The notes: generated by a model from the sequence alone, not told the origin. Counted from the stretch's first letter, positions 26,868 through 35,961 are shown. The stretch is DNA of 64,000 nt from Longimicrobiales bacterium (GCA_965219445.1 CBDCNQ010000005.1:800001-864000); one strand, 5' to 3'. Numbers and translations are program-made.

Positions 26868-28255
26868 TCATTCCGAGCATCGACCTCATGGACGGACGCG
26901 CGGTTCAGCTGCGCCAGGGTAAGGAGTTCGTCCTGGACGGCGGCGATCCGTTCGAGCGCCTCGAGGAGTTCTCCGTGGCGGGAGAGGTCGCAGTGGTCGA
27001 CTTGGATGCAGCCATGGGAAAGGGATCCAACGCCCCGATCATGCGCGATTTGGTCCGCCAGGCGCCCTGCCGCGTCGGTGGCGGGATCCGGGATATCGAT
27101 GCGGCTCTGGCGTGGTTGGACGCGGGAGCGGAGCATGTCGTCATCGGAACCGCAGCGGCCGTGGAATTCTGCTCGCAGTTACCTCGGGATCGGGTGATCG
27201 CCGCCGTCGACGCCGAGGGTGGCAAGGTCGTCGTGGAGGGTTGGCAGACCCAGACCGAGCACAGTGTGATCGATCGGATTACGGAGCTGGCGCCGGTGGT
27301 GGGCGGCTTCCTGCTCACGCAGGTGGAACATGAAGGGGGGATGGCCGGCTGGAACGAAGATCTGGTCGCACAGGCCGTGGAGGCGGCCGGCACCGTCCGC
27401 ATCACGGCAGCAGGAGGAATCACCACCGCCGAGGACATAGGTCGGCTGGATCGATTGGGTGCGGACGCTCAGGTGGGAATGGCCCTCTATACCAACCGTG
27501 TGAGCCTGGGTGAGGCGGTGGGCGCCCCCTTGGTGAGGGCGATCGACGAACGACTCTGGCCCACCGTGGTGTGCGACGAGGAGGGGCACGCCCTTGGGCT
27601 GGTCTGGAGCACGCGTGAGAGCCTCGAGGCGGCGGTGCGGGAGCGGCGGGGGATCTACTGGTCCCGCTCCCGGGATTCGCTCTGGATCAAGGGAGAGACG
27701 TCCGGGGCCACCCAAGAGCTGGTTCGCGTGGAGTTGGACTGCGACCGCGACGCGCTCCGCTTCGTGGTTCGCCAGCACGGCTCCGGTTTCTGCCACACGG
27801 GAACGCCCGGATGTTGGCCTACGCCCTTTACGCTCTCCACGCTGTCGGACGTCATCGCACGTCGTGGTGACGAGGCACCGGAGGGGTCGGGGACGGCCAA
27901 ACTCATGGGAGACCCCGCCCTTCTCGCTTCGAAGCTTCGCGAAGAGACGGAGGAGCTGATCCAGGCGCTCCAGATCGACGCGACCGGATCCCGGTCCGCG
28001 GATGGCGATGGTACCCGGACTGATCATGCCCGCACCGAGGACGCGGCCGAGGTGATCCACGAGGCGGCCGACCTACTCTATTTCACGCTCGTCGCCGCCG
28101 TGAGCCGTGGCGCCGACGTCGAAACGCTGCGCCGGGAACTCGCCCAACGCAGCCTACGGGTTCGTCGGCGTCCGATGACGGCAAAGCCCGACGAGGCAAG
28201 CTCCCAAGACGCAACGTCCGAGGGAGCGAAGCCCGACGAAGGAGAGAATCGATGA
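26864..28255 (+). CDS. hisA: Fusion: HisA (ProFAR isomerase) - HisI - HisE
   Basis: IPSIDLMDGRAVQL, VDLDAA, VGGGIR, AAGGI; YWSRSR..LWIKGETSG, DCDRDAL, FCH; KLREE, EAADLLY. Confidence 0.9.
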   Translation: MIIPSIDLMDGRAVQLRQGKEFVLDGGDPFERLEEFSVAGEVAVVDLDAAMGKGSNAPIMRDLVRQAPCRVGGGIRDIDAALAWLDAGAEHVVIGTAAAVEFCSQLPRDRVIAAVDAEGGKVVVEGWQTQTEHSVIDRITELAPVVGGFLLTQVEHEGGMAGWNEDLVAQAVEAAGTVRITAAGGITTAEDIGRLDRLGADAQVGMALYTNRVSLGEAVGAPLVRAIDERLWPTVVCDEEGHALGLVWSTRESLEAAVRERRGIYWSRSRDSLWIKGETSGATQELVRVELDCDRDALRFVVRQHGSGFCHTGTPGCWPTPFTLSTLSDVIARRGDEAPEGSGTAKLMGDPALLASKLREETEELIQALQIDATGSRSADGDGTRTDHARTEDAAEVIHEAADLLYFTLVAAVSRGADVETLRRELAQRSLRVRRRPMTAKPDEASSQDATSEGAKPDEGENR

Positions 28256-29514
28256 GCCAGCCCCTTCTCGCCCGCCGGCGGGCCGAAGAGTTTCGAGCCC
28301 GAGACAAGGGCGGCGTGCCCGCAGAGGTTCTCGCGAAGGCGGATGCCATCGTGGAGCGAGTGCGCTCCGGCGGTGAAGAGGCGCTTAAAACATACGCCAT
28401 TCGCTTCGAGGACTGTGCGCCGGACGACCCCCTCTACCTGACTGGGGAGGCTCTGAAGAGTCGATTGGATGCGCTCCCCGGAGACGAGCGAAACCGCCTC
28501 GAGCGCATCGCCGATCGCATTCGGGCGTTCGCCCTGTCGCAGCGCCGTGCACTCGCTCCCGTCGACAGGACCGTGCCCGGTGGGCGAGCCGGCCACCGTA
28601 TCGATCCAGTCCATGCCGCGGGGTGTTACGCACCCGGCGGCCGCTATCCCCTTCCCTCCTCACTGCTCATGACGGTGGTTACCGCACGCGCGGCGGGTGT
28701 CGAATCCGTGTGGGTCGCGAGCCCACGCCCAGCCCCGATCACCCTGGCGGCCGCCGCAGTCGCGGGTGCCGACGGAGTCCTGGCCGCCGGCGGGGCGCAC
28801 GCGATCGCGGCCCTCGCGTTCGGCGTCGGCCCCATCCCCCCGAGCGACGTCGTGGTAGGCCCCGGGAATCTGTACGTGACGGCCGCGAAGCAACTCCTCG
28901 CCGGACGGGTCCAGATCGATATGCTCGCCGGTCCTTCGGAGCTGGTGGTCGTCGCGGACGCCGCGGCCGACCCGGCTTGGGTCGCGTCGGATCTGCTGGC
29001 ACAAGCGGAGCATGACCCCGATGCGGTGCCGATCCTCATCTCGCTCGACGCCGAGTTACCCTCTCTGGTCGAGCGAGAGCTCAAGCGCCAACTCGAGGAT
29101 CTTCCCACGGCGTCCACGGCGAAGGCGGCGCTCGCAAACGGAGGCGTCATCGTGTGCGAAACCGAGGAGGACGCCTGCCTGGCCTGTGACGACATCGCAC
29201 CCGAGCATCTCCAAATCTCGGTGTCGAACGCCGAAGCCTGGCCGGATCGACTCCGTCACTACGGCGCCCTCTTCATCGGCGAGCGCGCAGCGGAAGTGTT
29301 CGGCGACTATGGCGTGGGGCCCAACCATGTCCTTCCCACCGGCGGTACCGCCAGAGCGCGGGGCGGGCTCTCCGTCATGGACTTTCTCCGGGTGCGCACC
29401 TGGATCCAGGCCTATTCGGATCTCGATCCGGACTTGATCGAGGACGTGGCATGGTTCGCCCGGCAAGAGGGTCTCGAGGCTCACGCCAGGGCGGCGGAGA
29501 TCAGGCGACGGTGA
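28252..29514 (+). CDS. hisD: Histidinol dehydrogenase
   Basis: YAPGG, GPGNLYVTAAK, IDMLAGPSE, DLLAQAEHD, APEHL, GDYGVGPNHVLPT, EGLEAHA. Confidence 0.96.
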   Translation: MSQPLLARRRAEEFRARDKGGVPAEVLAKADAIVERVRSGGEEALKTYAIRFEDCAPDDPLYLTGEALKSRLDALPGDERNRLERIADRIRAFALSQRRALAPVDRTVPGGRAGHRIDPVHAAGCYAPGGRYPLPSSLLMTVVTARAAGVESVWVASPRPAPITLAAAAVAGADGVLAAGGAHAIAALAFGVGPIPPSDVVVGPGNLYVTAAKQLLAGRVQIDMLAGPSELVVVADAAADPAWVASDLLAQAEHDPDAVPILISLDAELPSLVERELKRQLEDLPTASTAKAALANGGVIVCETEEDACLACDDIAPEHLQISVSNAEAWPDRLRHYGALFIGERAAEVFGDYGVGPNHVLPTGGTARARGGLSVMDFLRVRTWIQAYSDLDPDLIEDVAWFARQEGLEAHARAAEIRRR

Positions 29515-29580
29515 TAGAGCGATGATGCCCACCGGTTAGGGTGATCGCTCACTGCGCTCACTCTAACCGGGAGTTCTACG

Positions 29581-29769
29581 ATGACTACTCTGACGCCGGC
29601 CGCGATGCGGACGCTCCACGGGTTGGCGATCCCAAGACCGAGAAGAGGCGCATACTGTGGGCTGGTGGTGGGCGCCTTCTTGGGCTTCGCCTTTACCGGG
29701 CAGCTCGTCGCCGCCGCGGCCGTCTACACGTTCACACCAGTCACGTGTCTCTTCGACTTCGCGCTGTAA
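29581..29769 (+). CDS. Putative bacteriocin/RiPP precursor 1 (62 aa)
   Basis: GGGAG RBS; leader MTTLTPAAMRTLHG aligns with the double-glycine pattern but has a single Gly; hydrophobic core with C-x29-C-x6. Confidence 0.7.
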   Translation: MTTLTPAAMRTLHGLAIPRPRRGAYCGLVVGAFLGFAFTGQLVAAAAVYTFTPVTCLFDFAL

Positions 29770-29817
29770 CGCCCCGAACGGACACCGCCATTCACCTCAG
29801 CCATGAGGATCAGATCC

Positions 29818-30009
29818 ATGCGGGAGCTTACGGTACGTCAAATGTCCGACACGGAGGGTGGGATAGGTTTCAGAGGCTTCTTCAGCGGGTTTCTTTGCGG
29901 GGCGTATGTGGCCGCTGCGTTCGCGGTCACACCGACCACCAGCGTGCTCACACGGTGGACCATCTATAGCGGAGCGATAGCGGCCTGCGGAAACGCGTTT
30001 GCCGTTTAG
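29818..30009 (+). CDS. Putative double-glycine-leader bacteriocin/RiPP precursor 2 (63 aa)
   Basis: GAGGA RBS before ATG 29818; leader MRELTVRQMSDTEGG; core IGFRGFFSGFLC...C-GNAFAV with C-x29-C-x6. Confidence 0.8.
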   Translation: MRELTVRQMSDTEGGIGFRGFFSGFLCGAYVAAAFAVTPTTSVLTRWTIYSGAIAACGNAFAV

Positions 30010-30147
30010 CCCGTTGGGGTCGGGCGTAGCAGCCTGTTTCTGGTCGCGGAGGTCAAGCTTCGCATCGCATGGCGCGAATTCGCCCACACCGTACGCACAA
30101 CGATCGAAGGCAAGTTCGCCGTCGTAACGATTGTCGCTGCTCCCTTC

Positions 30148-31644
30148 TTGATGAAGAGCCTGTTGGTCTCGAGTGCCCTCCGGCAGGCCAGCATGAGCGA
30201 GGACGCCGGGTGGGTCGTCCTGTGGACTGCCCACCTCTTCATGATTCTGGCACTCGTCCTGTTCGTCGCCGCCCGGACGGCGCGCTCCCTCATCGTGGAC
30301 CGACGCAACGACGCGCTCGCCCATTACCCCTACGCGAGGCAGGGTCTAGCGGCCTTCCATCTCTGGGGGGAGATGGTGACCGCGACGACCCTCATGCTCC
30401 TGGCTCTCTTCTATTTGTTCTACGGTCCTCTGGTGAGCAGGCTAGCGGCACACCCCGTCGTGGGCACGCTCCTCCATTTGATCGGGCACGTCGTGGTTAC
30501 CCTCGCCTTAGGGGCCGTGGCGTACCGGCTCACACTCCGCGCGCTCGAGCGGCGACCGACATGGGGACGAAGGATTTTCCACATGACCTCGTTCCCAGGT
30601 GTTTTGGCCTTTGTCATGATTGCGGGGGGCCCCCAGCTGCTGCTCGATTTCGCGCCGGATCGGATCGATGAGCTCCGATCGATCTTCGAGAGCGCCGGGC
30701 CATTCTACGTCCCTGTCACAGCCATGGCCGCGTCGACGGCGCGGCCTGCATCTCTATTGGGCGGGTTGGTCGGGATCGGGGTGGCAGGAACGATCGCACT
30801 CGGCGCGGCGGCACCTCTCATTCAGACGCCGAGCCGTATCGTGCTCGGGGAAATCCAAGGCCTGGTGGACCGCCACTTCAAGAGCGTTTTCGGGGGCGGG
30901 AGGAGTCCGTCGGCCCACCGAGCTCTTCACGGCGCTCGAATATTCTTCTTGAAGGACGTCCTCCTCGGCCCGGTCCGTTCCCCTCAGGGGTTCATCAGGC
31001 GGCAGGGCGTCTTCCTCGGTACGGTCGGCTTGGCTTCGGCCCTCGCGTGGGGGCTCTTTGAGGAGGGCCTCATAGGGGAAGACTCAGCCGAGGCCCTTGT
31101 CCTGGGTCTGGTGGTCCTCCTGGTCTGTGCGGCGGCGTATCTCCGAGGACTCGGCTCCCTGGGATCGGAGGGCCCCGCGTTGGCTTTGCTTCGCCCCGTC
31201 CTGCGGCCCTCTGATCTACTGGGCTACAAAACGGTCGCCGTGTTGGCTTCCGTCGTGCCCGCTGGACTCGTGTATGGCGCCACCGCCGGGGCGCTGTCTC
31301 AAGCCCTGGACATGCGCCCCGGTCCCGCGGCCGCGGCAGGAATCGGGGGTCTCACAGCCGCGCTTGCGGCCGCATCCGCGGTCTCATTGGCCTTTCTCTT
31401 CCCGGACTTCGAGCGGCGGAACGTTCTAGTGCCCGGGGCCTCGCGAATGGGGAGATACACCTTCACTTCGGTCTCACTTTACGGTGCCGGAGTCGTCGCG
31501 GGTCTTCGGTGGATGACACGATCGGGGATGCTTCCGTCCAGCGCGTTCACCCCGACCCTCATGACGACGGCCGGCGTCGGGATGGCCTTGACGGGGCTCG
31601 TGATGATGCTGGCTCTTCGCCGATTCCCTCGCCTGGAGTGCTGA
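30148..31644 (+). CDS. Multi-TM ABC transporter permease-like protein (true start probably further upstream, ~30014-30040)
   Basis: About 12 hydrophobic helices; SLGSEGPALALLR ABC-permease-like loop; adjacent to an ABC ATPase; frame open back to 30010. Confidence 0.7.
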   Translation: MMKSLLVSSALRQASMSEDAGWVVLWTAHLFMILALVLFVAARTARSLIVDRRNDALAHYPYARQGLAAFHLWGEMVTATTLMLLALFYLFYGPLVSRLAAHPVVGTLLHLIGHVVVTLALGAVAYRLTLRALERRPTWGRRIFHMTSFPGVLAFVMIAGGPQLLLDFAPDRIDELRSIFESAGPFYVPVTAMAASTARPASLLGGLVGIGVAGTIALGAAAPLIQTPSRIVLGEIQGLVDRHFKSVFGGGRSPSAHRALHGARIFFLKDVLLGPVRSPQGFIRRQGVFLGTVGLASALAWGLFEEGLIGEDSAEALVLGLVVLLVCAAAYLRGLGSLGSEGPALALLRPVLRPSDLLGYKTVAVLASVVPAGLVYGATAGALSQALDMRPGPAAAAGIGGLTAALAAASAVSLAFLFPDFERRNVLVPGASRMGRYTFTSVSLYGAGVVAGLRWMTRSGMLPSSAFTPTLMTTAGVGMALTGLVMMLALRRFPRLEC

Positions 31645-31645
31645 A

Positions 31646-32413
31646 ATGAGCGAGATGCCTCATATCAGCCTGGACGCGCTCACCAAGCGCTTCGGAGCGA
31701 TCACCGCCGTTGCCGATCTGAGCCTGTCGCTCGAGGCGGGTCAGATCGTGGGCTTGCTCGGCCTCAATGGGGCCGGCAAGACCACGACCCTCCACACCAT
31801 CATGGGCCTGAAGACGCCCACGGCCGGTGACGTGCGCATCAACCGCGTGAGCGTGCAATCACCCGAGATCGCGTCGGTGAGGCGCCGAATCGGGTATCTG
31901 CCCGAACAACCGGTGTTGTACGACTATCTGACCGGCCGGGAGTTCGTCCAATTCCTGGGGCAGCTCTACGACGCCGCCCTGGACCTCGATGACTGGCTGA
32001 CCGACAACCTCGACGCGCTCGAAATGAGCCAAGACGCCGATCGGTTGATCCGGACATACTCGATGGGCATGCGTAAGAAGATCGCGTTCCTGGCGGCCAT
32101 GGTGCACCAGCCGAACATCCTCGTCTTCGACGAGCCCACCGGAGCACTGGATGCGGCGAGCGCCCGCGTGGTCAAGGACGAAATGCAGATCGCACGGGAC
32201 CGAGGCGCACTCGTCCTGTTCACGACGCATGTCATGGAGATCGCGGAGCGCCTCACCGATCGAATTGCGATCCTCGATCACGGAAGCTTGGTCGCGGAGG
32301 GAACGCTGGCGGAAATCAAGGAAGCGCACGCACGTTCCGGCGCCGAGACCCTCGAGGAGATCTTTCTCAGGCTCACCGCTTCACAGGACGACGCCGAGCT
32401 CGCTGCCAGATGA
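31646..32413 (+). CDS. ABC transporter ATP-binding protein
   Basis: GLNGAGKTT, YSMGMRKK, LVFDEP, TTH. Confidence 0.93.
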   Translation: MSEMPHISLDALTKRFGAITAVADLSLSLEAGQIVGLLGLNGAGKTTTLHTIMGLKTPTAGDVRINRVSVQSPEIASVRRRIGYLPEQPVLYDYLTGREFVQFLGQLYDAALDLDDWLTDNLDALEMSQDADRLIRTYSMGMRKKIAFLAAMVHQPNILVFDEPTGALDAASARVVKDEMQIARDRGALVLFTTHVMEIAERLTDRIAILDHGSLVAEGTLAEIKEAHARSGAETLEEIFLRLTASQDDAELAAR

Positions 32414-34539
32414 GGGGACCCACCCGATCAGGGGCCCGTTTCCTCGGCTTTGTGCCCCGGTACCCGGTGGTCCGGCAGTACGACCGTGTCGACTGCGGCC
32501 CGGCCTGCCTCCTCGCGGTCCTTCGATTCCACGGCGGTGACGGCGGACTGGCTCCCCTCCGCTCTCTCGCCGGGACGAACGCAAGCGGAACAAGCCTTCT
32601 CGGGCTCTACCAAGCCGCGGAGACGCTCGGATTCGATGCGAGAGGCGCAACCGGAGATTTCGAGGCTCTGAGGGGTGTGAAGCTGCCCTGCATCGCTCAC
32701 GTCGTCGTCGACGGTGGCCCCCATTACGTGGTGGTCTACGAAGTCGGTGAACACGGCGTGAGGGTGGCCGACCCGGCGCGTGGACTCGTGCGGCTCACTC
32801 GCACCGAATTTGAGCGAATCTGGGTGCAGGGCGCGGTGCTTCTCCTAGCCCCCGGCCCCGAGCTCCACTTCGCACCGCCCCCCCATTGGTTCCCCTGGGT
32901 CCTGCGCCACTGCCGGGGAGCACAGGGATGGCTCGTACAATCCGTGTTCCTCGGATTCGTATACACGGCCCTGGGACTCGTGACGGCATTCGTGGTCCAA
33001 CGGCTCGTCGACGACTTCATTCCGGATGGTTATGAGAGCCGGATCGTCGCGGCAGGCGGGATCCTGCTCGGGCTACAGCTGGTCCGGGCGTTGGTGGGTT
33101 TTCTGCGTCAGCGCTTCCTGGTCGGGCTCGGCAAACGAGCGGCCACGGCCATCGCCGAGGAGCTCATTGGGCGCCTCTTCTCCCTTCCATCCCGGTTCTT
33201 CGACACCCGGAAGAGAGGGGACGTCGTGGCCCGCCTCCAGGACGCGTCCCATGTTCAAAGCGCGGTCGTTCAAATCCTGGGGAGCACGACCATCGATGTC
33301 CTCGTCACCATACTGTCACTCGGCATCGTGTTCTATTTTTCTGCCGAGATGGGGTGGGTCGCACTCCTCCTGGTGCTGCCCTACGCCCTGGTGGCCGGTA
33401 CGGTCGTGGCGCGGCTCCATCATGAGCACCACGAGACGCTCGGAGCATACGGGCGGCTACAAGGCTCCTACATCGACACGCTCGACGGGATCGAGGCGGT
33501 TCGGAGGAGCGGGGCCACAGAGATTTTCTCGCAGGCCACACTAGCCCTCTTCGGCATGTTCCAATCCAAAGTCGAGCGGCTCGGCTACACGCAAGCGGCC
33601 GCCGTATCGAAGCTGGAGGTGGTCGGTGGAGTATTTCTCACCGCCGTGCTGACCACCGGCGCGCTGCTCGTCCTCGCTGGGGAGCTGCTGCTCGGCAGAA
33701 TGTTCGCGGCCTATTCACTGGCCGCCGGGGCCCTCCCGAGTCTTCAGCGAGTGACCGACGGCCTGTTTACCCTTCAGGCCGGATCGGCGGCGGCCCAGCG
33801 GCTGCAAGACGTCTTGCTCACCGATCCCGAACCGAACCCCGGCGTGAATCCCTTCCGGATGGAACGGGAGCTGAGACTGGAGAACGCGACGTTCCAGTGG
33901 TCTCCCGACGAGCCTCTCCTTCAGGGCACGAATCTCACGCTCCACCGAGGGCGCATCACGGGGCTGAGCGGAGCCAACGGCAGCGGAAAAAGTACGCTGA
34001 TCCACCTCATCACCAGGCGCTACCCCCTCGCCGAAGGAACGCTCACGGTAGACGGCGTGGCCGCCGAAGAGATCGACCTTCACAGCTATCGCCGAGGGGT
34101 GGCACTCGTCCCCGAAGCCGTGAAGATCTTCAACGGCACGCTCGGAGCCAATCTGGCGATGGCCGCCCCCGACCTATCACACGAGGATCTGGTGGAGCGC
34201 ATCCGGAAGATGTCGGTCGCCTCATTCATAGGTCGATTCGGCGGCGGCCTCGATACCGAGGTGGGTGAGGACGGCCGACGACTTTCCGCGGGAGAGCGCC
34301 AGATGATCGGTCTCATTCGAGCCCTCCTCGGAAGACCCTCGGTCCTGATCGTCGATGAGGGGTTCAACGCGCTTGATCCCCAAGCCTTCGCCCTTGCCGT
34401 GCACCTGGTGAGGGCCCATGCCAGAGACGGAGCAGTGTTGCTCGTCTCACACGTTCCACAGCTGATCTCCCTGGCGGACGAGTGCTTCATCCTGGAGTGC
34501 GGCGCCGTAGTACCGGTGACGCACTCGAGGGCGGCGTGA
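32410..34539 (+). CDS. Peptidase C39-containing ABC transporter (PCAT)
   Basis: QYDRVDCGPACL (catalytic Cys), HYVVV, ADPARG; six-TM domain; GANGSGKST, LSAGERQ, LIVDEG. Confidence 0.93.
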   Translation: MRGPTRSGARFLGFVPRYPVVRQYDRVDCGPACLLAVLRFHGGDGGLAPLRSLAGTNASGTSLLGLYQAAETLGFDARGATGDFEALRGVKLPCIAHVVVDGGPHYVVVYEVGEHGVRVADPARGLVRLTRTEFERIWVQGAVLLLAPGPELHFAPPPHWFPWVLRHCRGAQGWLVQSVFLGFVYTALGLVTAFVVQRLVDDFIPDGYESRIVAAGGILLGLQLVRALVGFLRQRFLVGLGKRAATAIAEELIGRLFSLPSRFFDTRKRGDVVARLQDASHVQSAVVQILGSTTIDVLVTILSLGIVFYFSAEMGWVALLLVLPYALVAGTVVARLHHEHHETLGAYGRLQGSYIDTLDGIEAVRRSGATEIFSQATLALFGMFQSKVERLGYTQAAAVSKLEVVGGVFLTAVLTTGALLVLAGELLLGRMFAAYSLAAGALPSLQRVTDGLFTLQAGSAAAQRLQDVLLTDPEPNPGVNPFRMERELRLENATFQWSPDEPLLQGTNLTLHRGRITGLSGANGSGKSTLIHLITRRYPLAEGTLTVDGVAAEEIDLHSYRRGVALVPEAVKIFNGTLGANLAMAAPDLSHEDLVERIRKMSVASFIGRFGGGLDTEVGEDGRRLSAGERQMIGLIRALLGRPSVLIVDEGFNALDPQAFALAVHLVRAHARDGAVLLVSHVPQLISLADECFILECGAVVPVTHSRAA

Positions 34540-35222
34540 ACCAGCCGCTTCCGGCTGATCACTGCAGTCATCGCGGCACCGACCGCCTCGCGGCCCGCTC
34601 CATCTGGCCGACGTTCGCGCTCATGGCAGCGATTTGGATGGTGCTCGCCCTCTATAGCAATGAACGGGTGCTAACCCCTCGGGTCTTGGCGAGTCTGGCC
34701 GCGGGGGGAAGCGGCATGGTGATGCCCGAAGATCAGGTGGACGATTTCCGGCGGCTCGGACGCGTGGCCTACGCGTTGACTCCGGTCTTCCTCGTGATGC
34801 GGGTCGGGGTCACCGCTCTGGTGCTTCAACTGTTCACGATGCTTCTGTCCGCGGAGATCTCGTATCGTGACCTGTTTCACGCGTCGCTGTGGGGGTTCGG
34901 TGCGGTGATGTACGGCATGCTCATCCAGACATTGAGGCTTGATCTGCTCGGACCCGATATCACGGTGCCGGAGCTCACCGTGGTCCCCGACTCACTCGCG
35001 GCCCTGATCATGAGCCCGTCAGCCACGGTCACGATGGGATACCACGCGCTGAGCTTTCTCAGCATTCACAGCCTGCTGTGGATCGGAATCGTCTTCACCT
35101 TCCTGCGCTTCGAATGCCGCGTCACCCCAACGAGCGCCCTATTCGTCCCGCTAGCCGGTTGGACCACGATCTCACTCGCACAGCTGGGGCTCAACGCCTT
35201 CACGACGCAAATCCTTGGGTGA
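34536..35222 (+). CDS. Membrane protein, Yip1-like topology
   Basis: GTGA overlap with the PCAT stop; five hydrophobic segments, ISYRDLF and LSFLSIHSLLW patterns. The Yip1 resemblance is by eye. Confidence 0.6.
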   Translation: MNQPLPADHCSHRGTDRLAARSIWPTFALMAAIWMVLALYSNERVLTPRVLASLAAGGSGMVMPEDQVDDFRRLGRVAYALTPVFLVMRVGVTALVLQLFTMLLSAEISYRDLFHASLWGFGAVMYGMLIQTLRLDLLGPDITVPELTVVPDSLAALIMSPSATVTMGYHALSFLSIHSLLWIGIVFTFLRFECRVTPTSALFVPLAGWTTISLAQLGLNAFTTQILG

Positions 35223-35258
35223 GCGAAGGGAGAGCGACGCCTCGGGGTAGACTCTTCG

Positions 35259-35366
35259 GTCGTAGGCCCGTGGGCTCCTTCCCTCCCTGCTGTCCGGGGC
35301 CCCCGCTCTCCCAGAGCTCCACCAGCCCCTACCCGACGGTCGGTCAGGAGCCCCCGCACCTACGAC
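35259..35366. repeat. Nested inverted repeats forming a ~108-nt rod-like hairpin between convergent genes
   Basis: GTCGTAGG/CCTACGAC, GGGCTCCT/AGGAGCCC, CTGTC/GACGG, GGGGC/GCCCC, GCTCT-ccc-AGAGC. Confidence 0.65.
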
Positions 35367-35412
35367 TTCGACAGGGGGGGCAACCGCGGGTCATGGAGCG
35401 AGCACGGGCCTC

Positions 35413-35961
35413 TCAGCCACGGCATCGCGCCCACTCGGCCTCGAGCGCCAACTCTCCGACCCACCGTTCAATACGGGCCAGGTCTAGGGTATCACCTTGA
35501 ACGGCCATGATCTCCGTCACATCCCTGATCTGTCGCTCCGAATCGCCGAGCTTGGCCCACTCTAGTTTTGCCACGATGAGGTCCTCAGGCCCAACGACGG
35601 ACAATTCGAGCCCGAGGAAACGAAGAGCTTGGCGGTCGTTGAACTCGGCGACACTGAAGGGGCGGTCCTTCCGGATGATGAAGTCGGCCTTCCACCCCGA
35701 GTTCGGGTCTATCGCGTTGAATTGACCGCGAATCCTCACGGCCTCTTTGACCGCATAGTCGCTCACATAGAACCCGCCATCTCTAAGAGCCCCTGCGAAC
35801 TGCAGCAAAACTTCGACGCTCTCATCGATGACCAGATCTACGTCCTGGGTCGCACGCGGCGATCCGTGGTACGACACGGCCAATGAGCCAGTCAACATGA
35901 ACGGGATTTCAAAGGCGTCCAGGGACTGGACGACGAATGAAAGGAAATGTTCGAGCGTCAC
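35413..35961 (-). CDS. Pol-beta-superfamily nucleotidyltransferase (putative TA toxin)
   Basis: TGSLAVSYHGSPRATQDVDLVI (GS...DxD), EDLIVAKL, RQIRDV. Confidence 0.8.
   Translation of the reverse strand: MTLEHFLSFVVQSLDAFEIPFMLTGSLAVSYHGSPRATQDVDLVIDESVEVLLQFAGALRDGGFYVSDYAVKEAVRIRGQFNAIDPNSGWKADFIIRKDRPFSVAEFNDRQALRFLGLELSVVGPEDLIVAKLEWAKLGDSERQIRDVTEIMAVQGDTLDLARIERWVGELALEAEWARCRG

Noticed and set aside
29581..35222. Lanthipeptide, sactipeptide or circular bacteriocin class
   Set aside because: No LanM/LanBC, radical SAM, YcaO or SpoIIM-like gene was recognised in the cluster.
35259..35366. SRP RNA, 6S RNA or tRNA identity for the long hairpin
   Set aside because: No SRP GGAA-loop domain or cloverleaf, and too short for a typical 6S; kept only as an unassigned structure.
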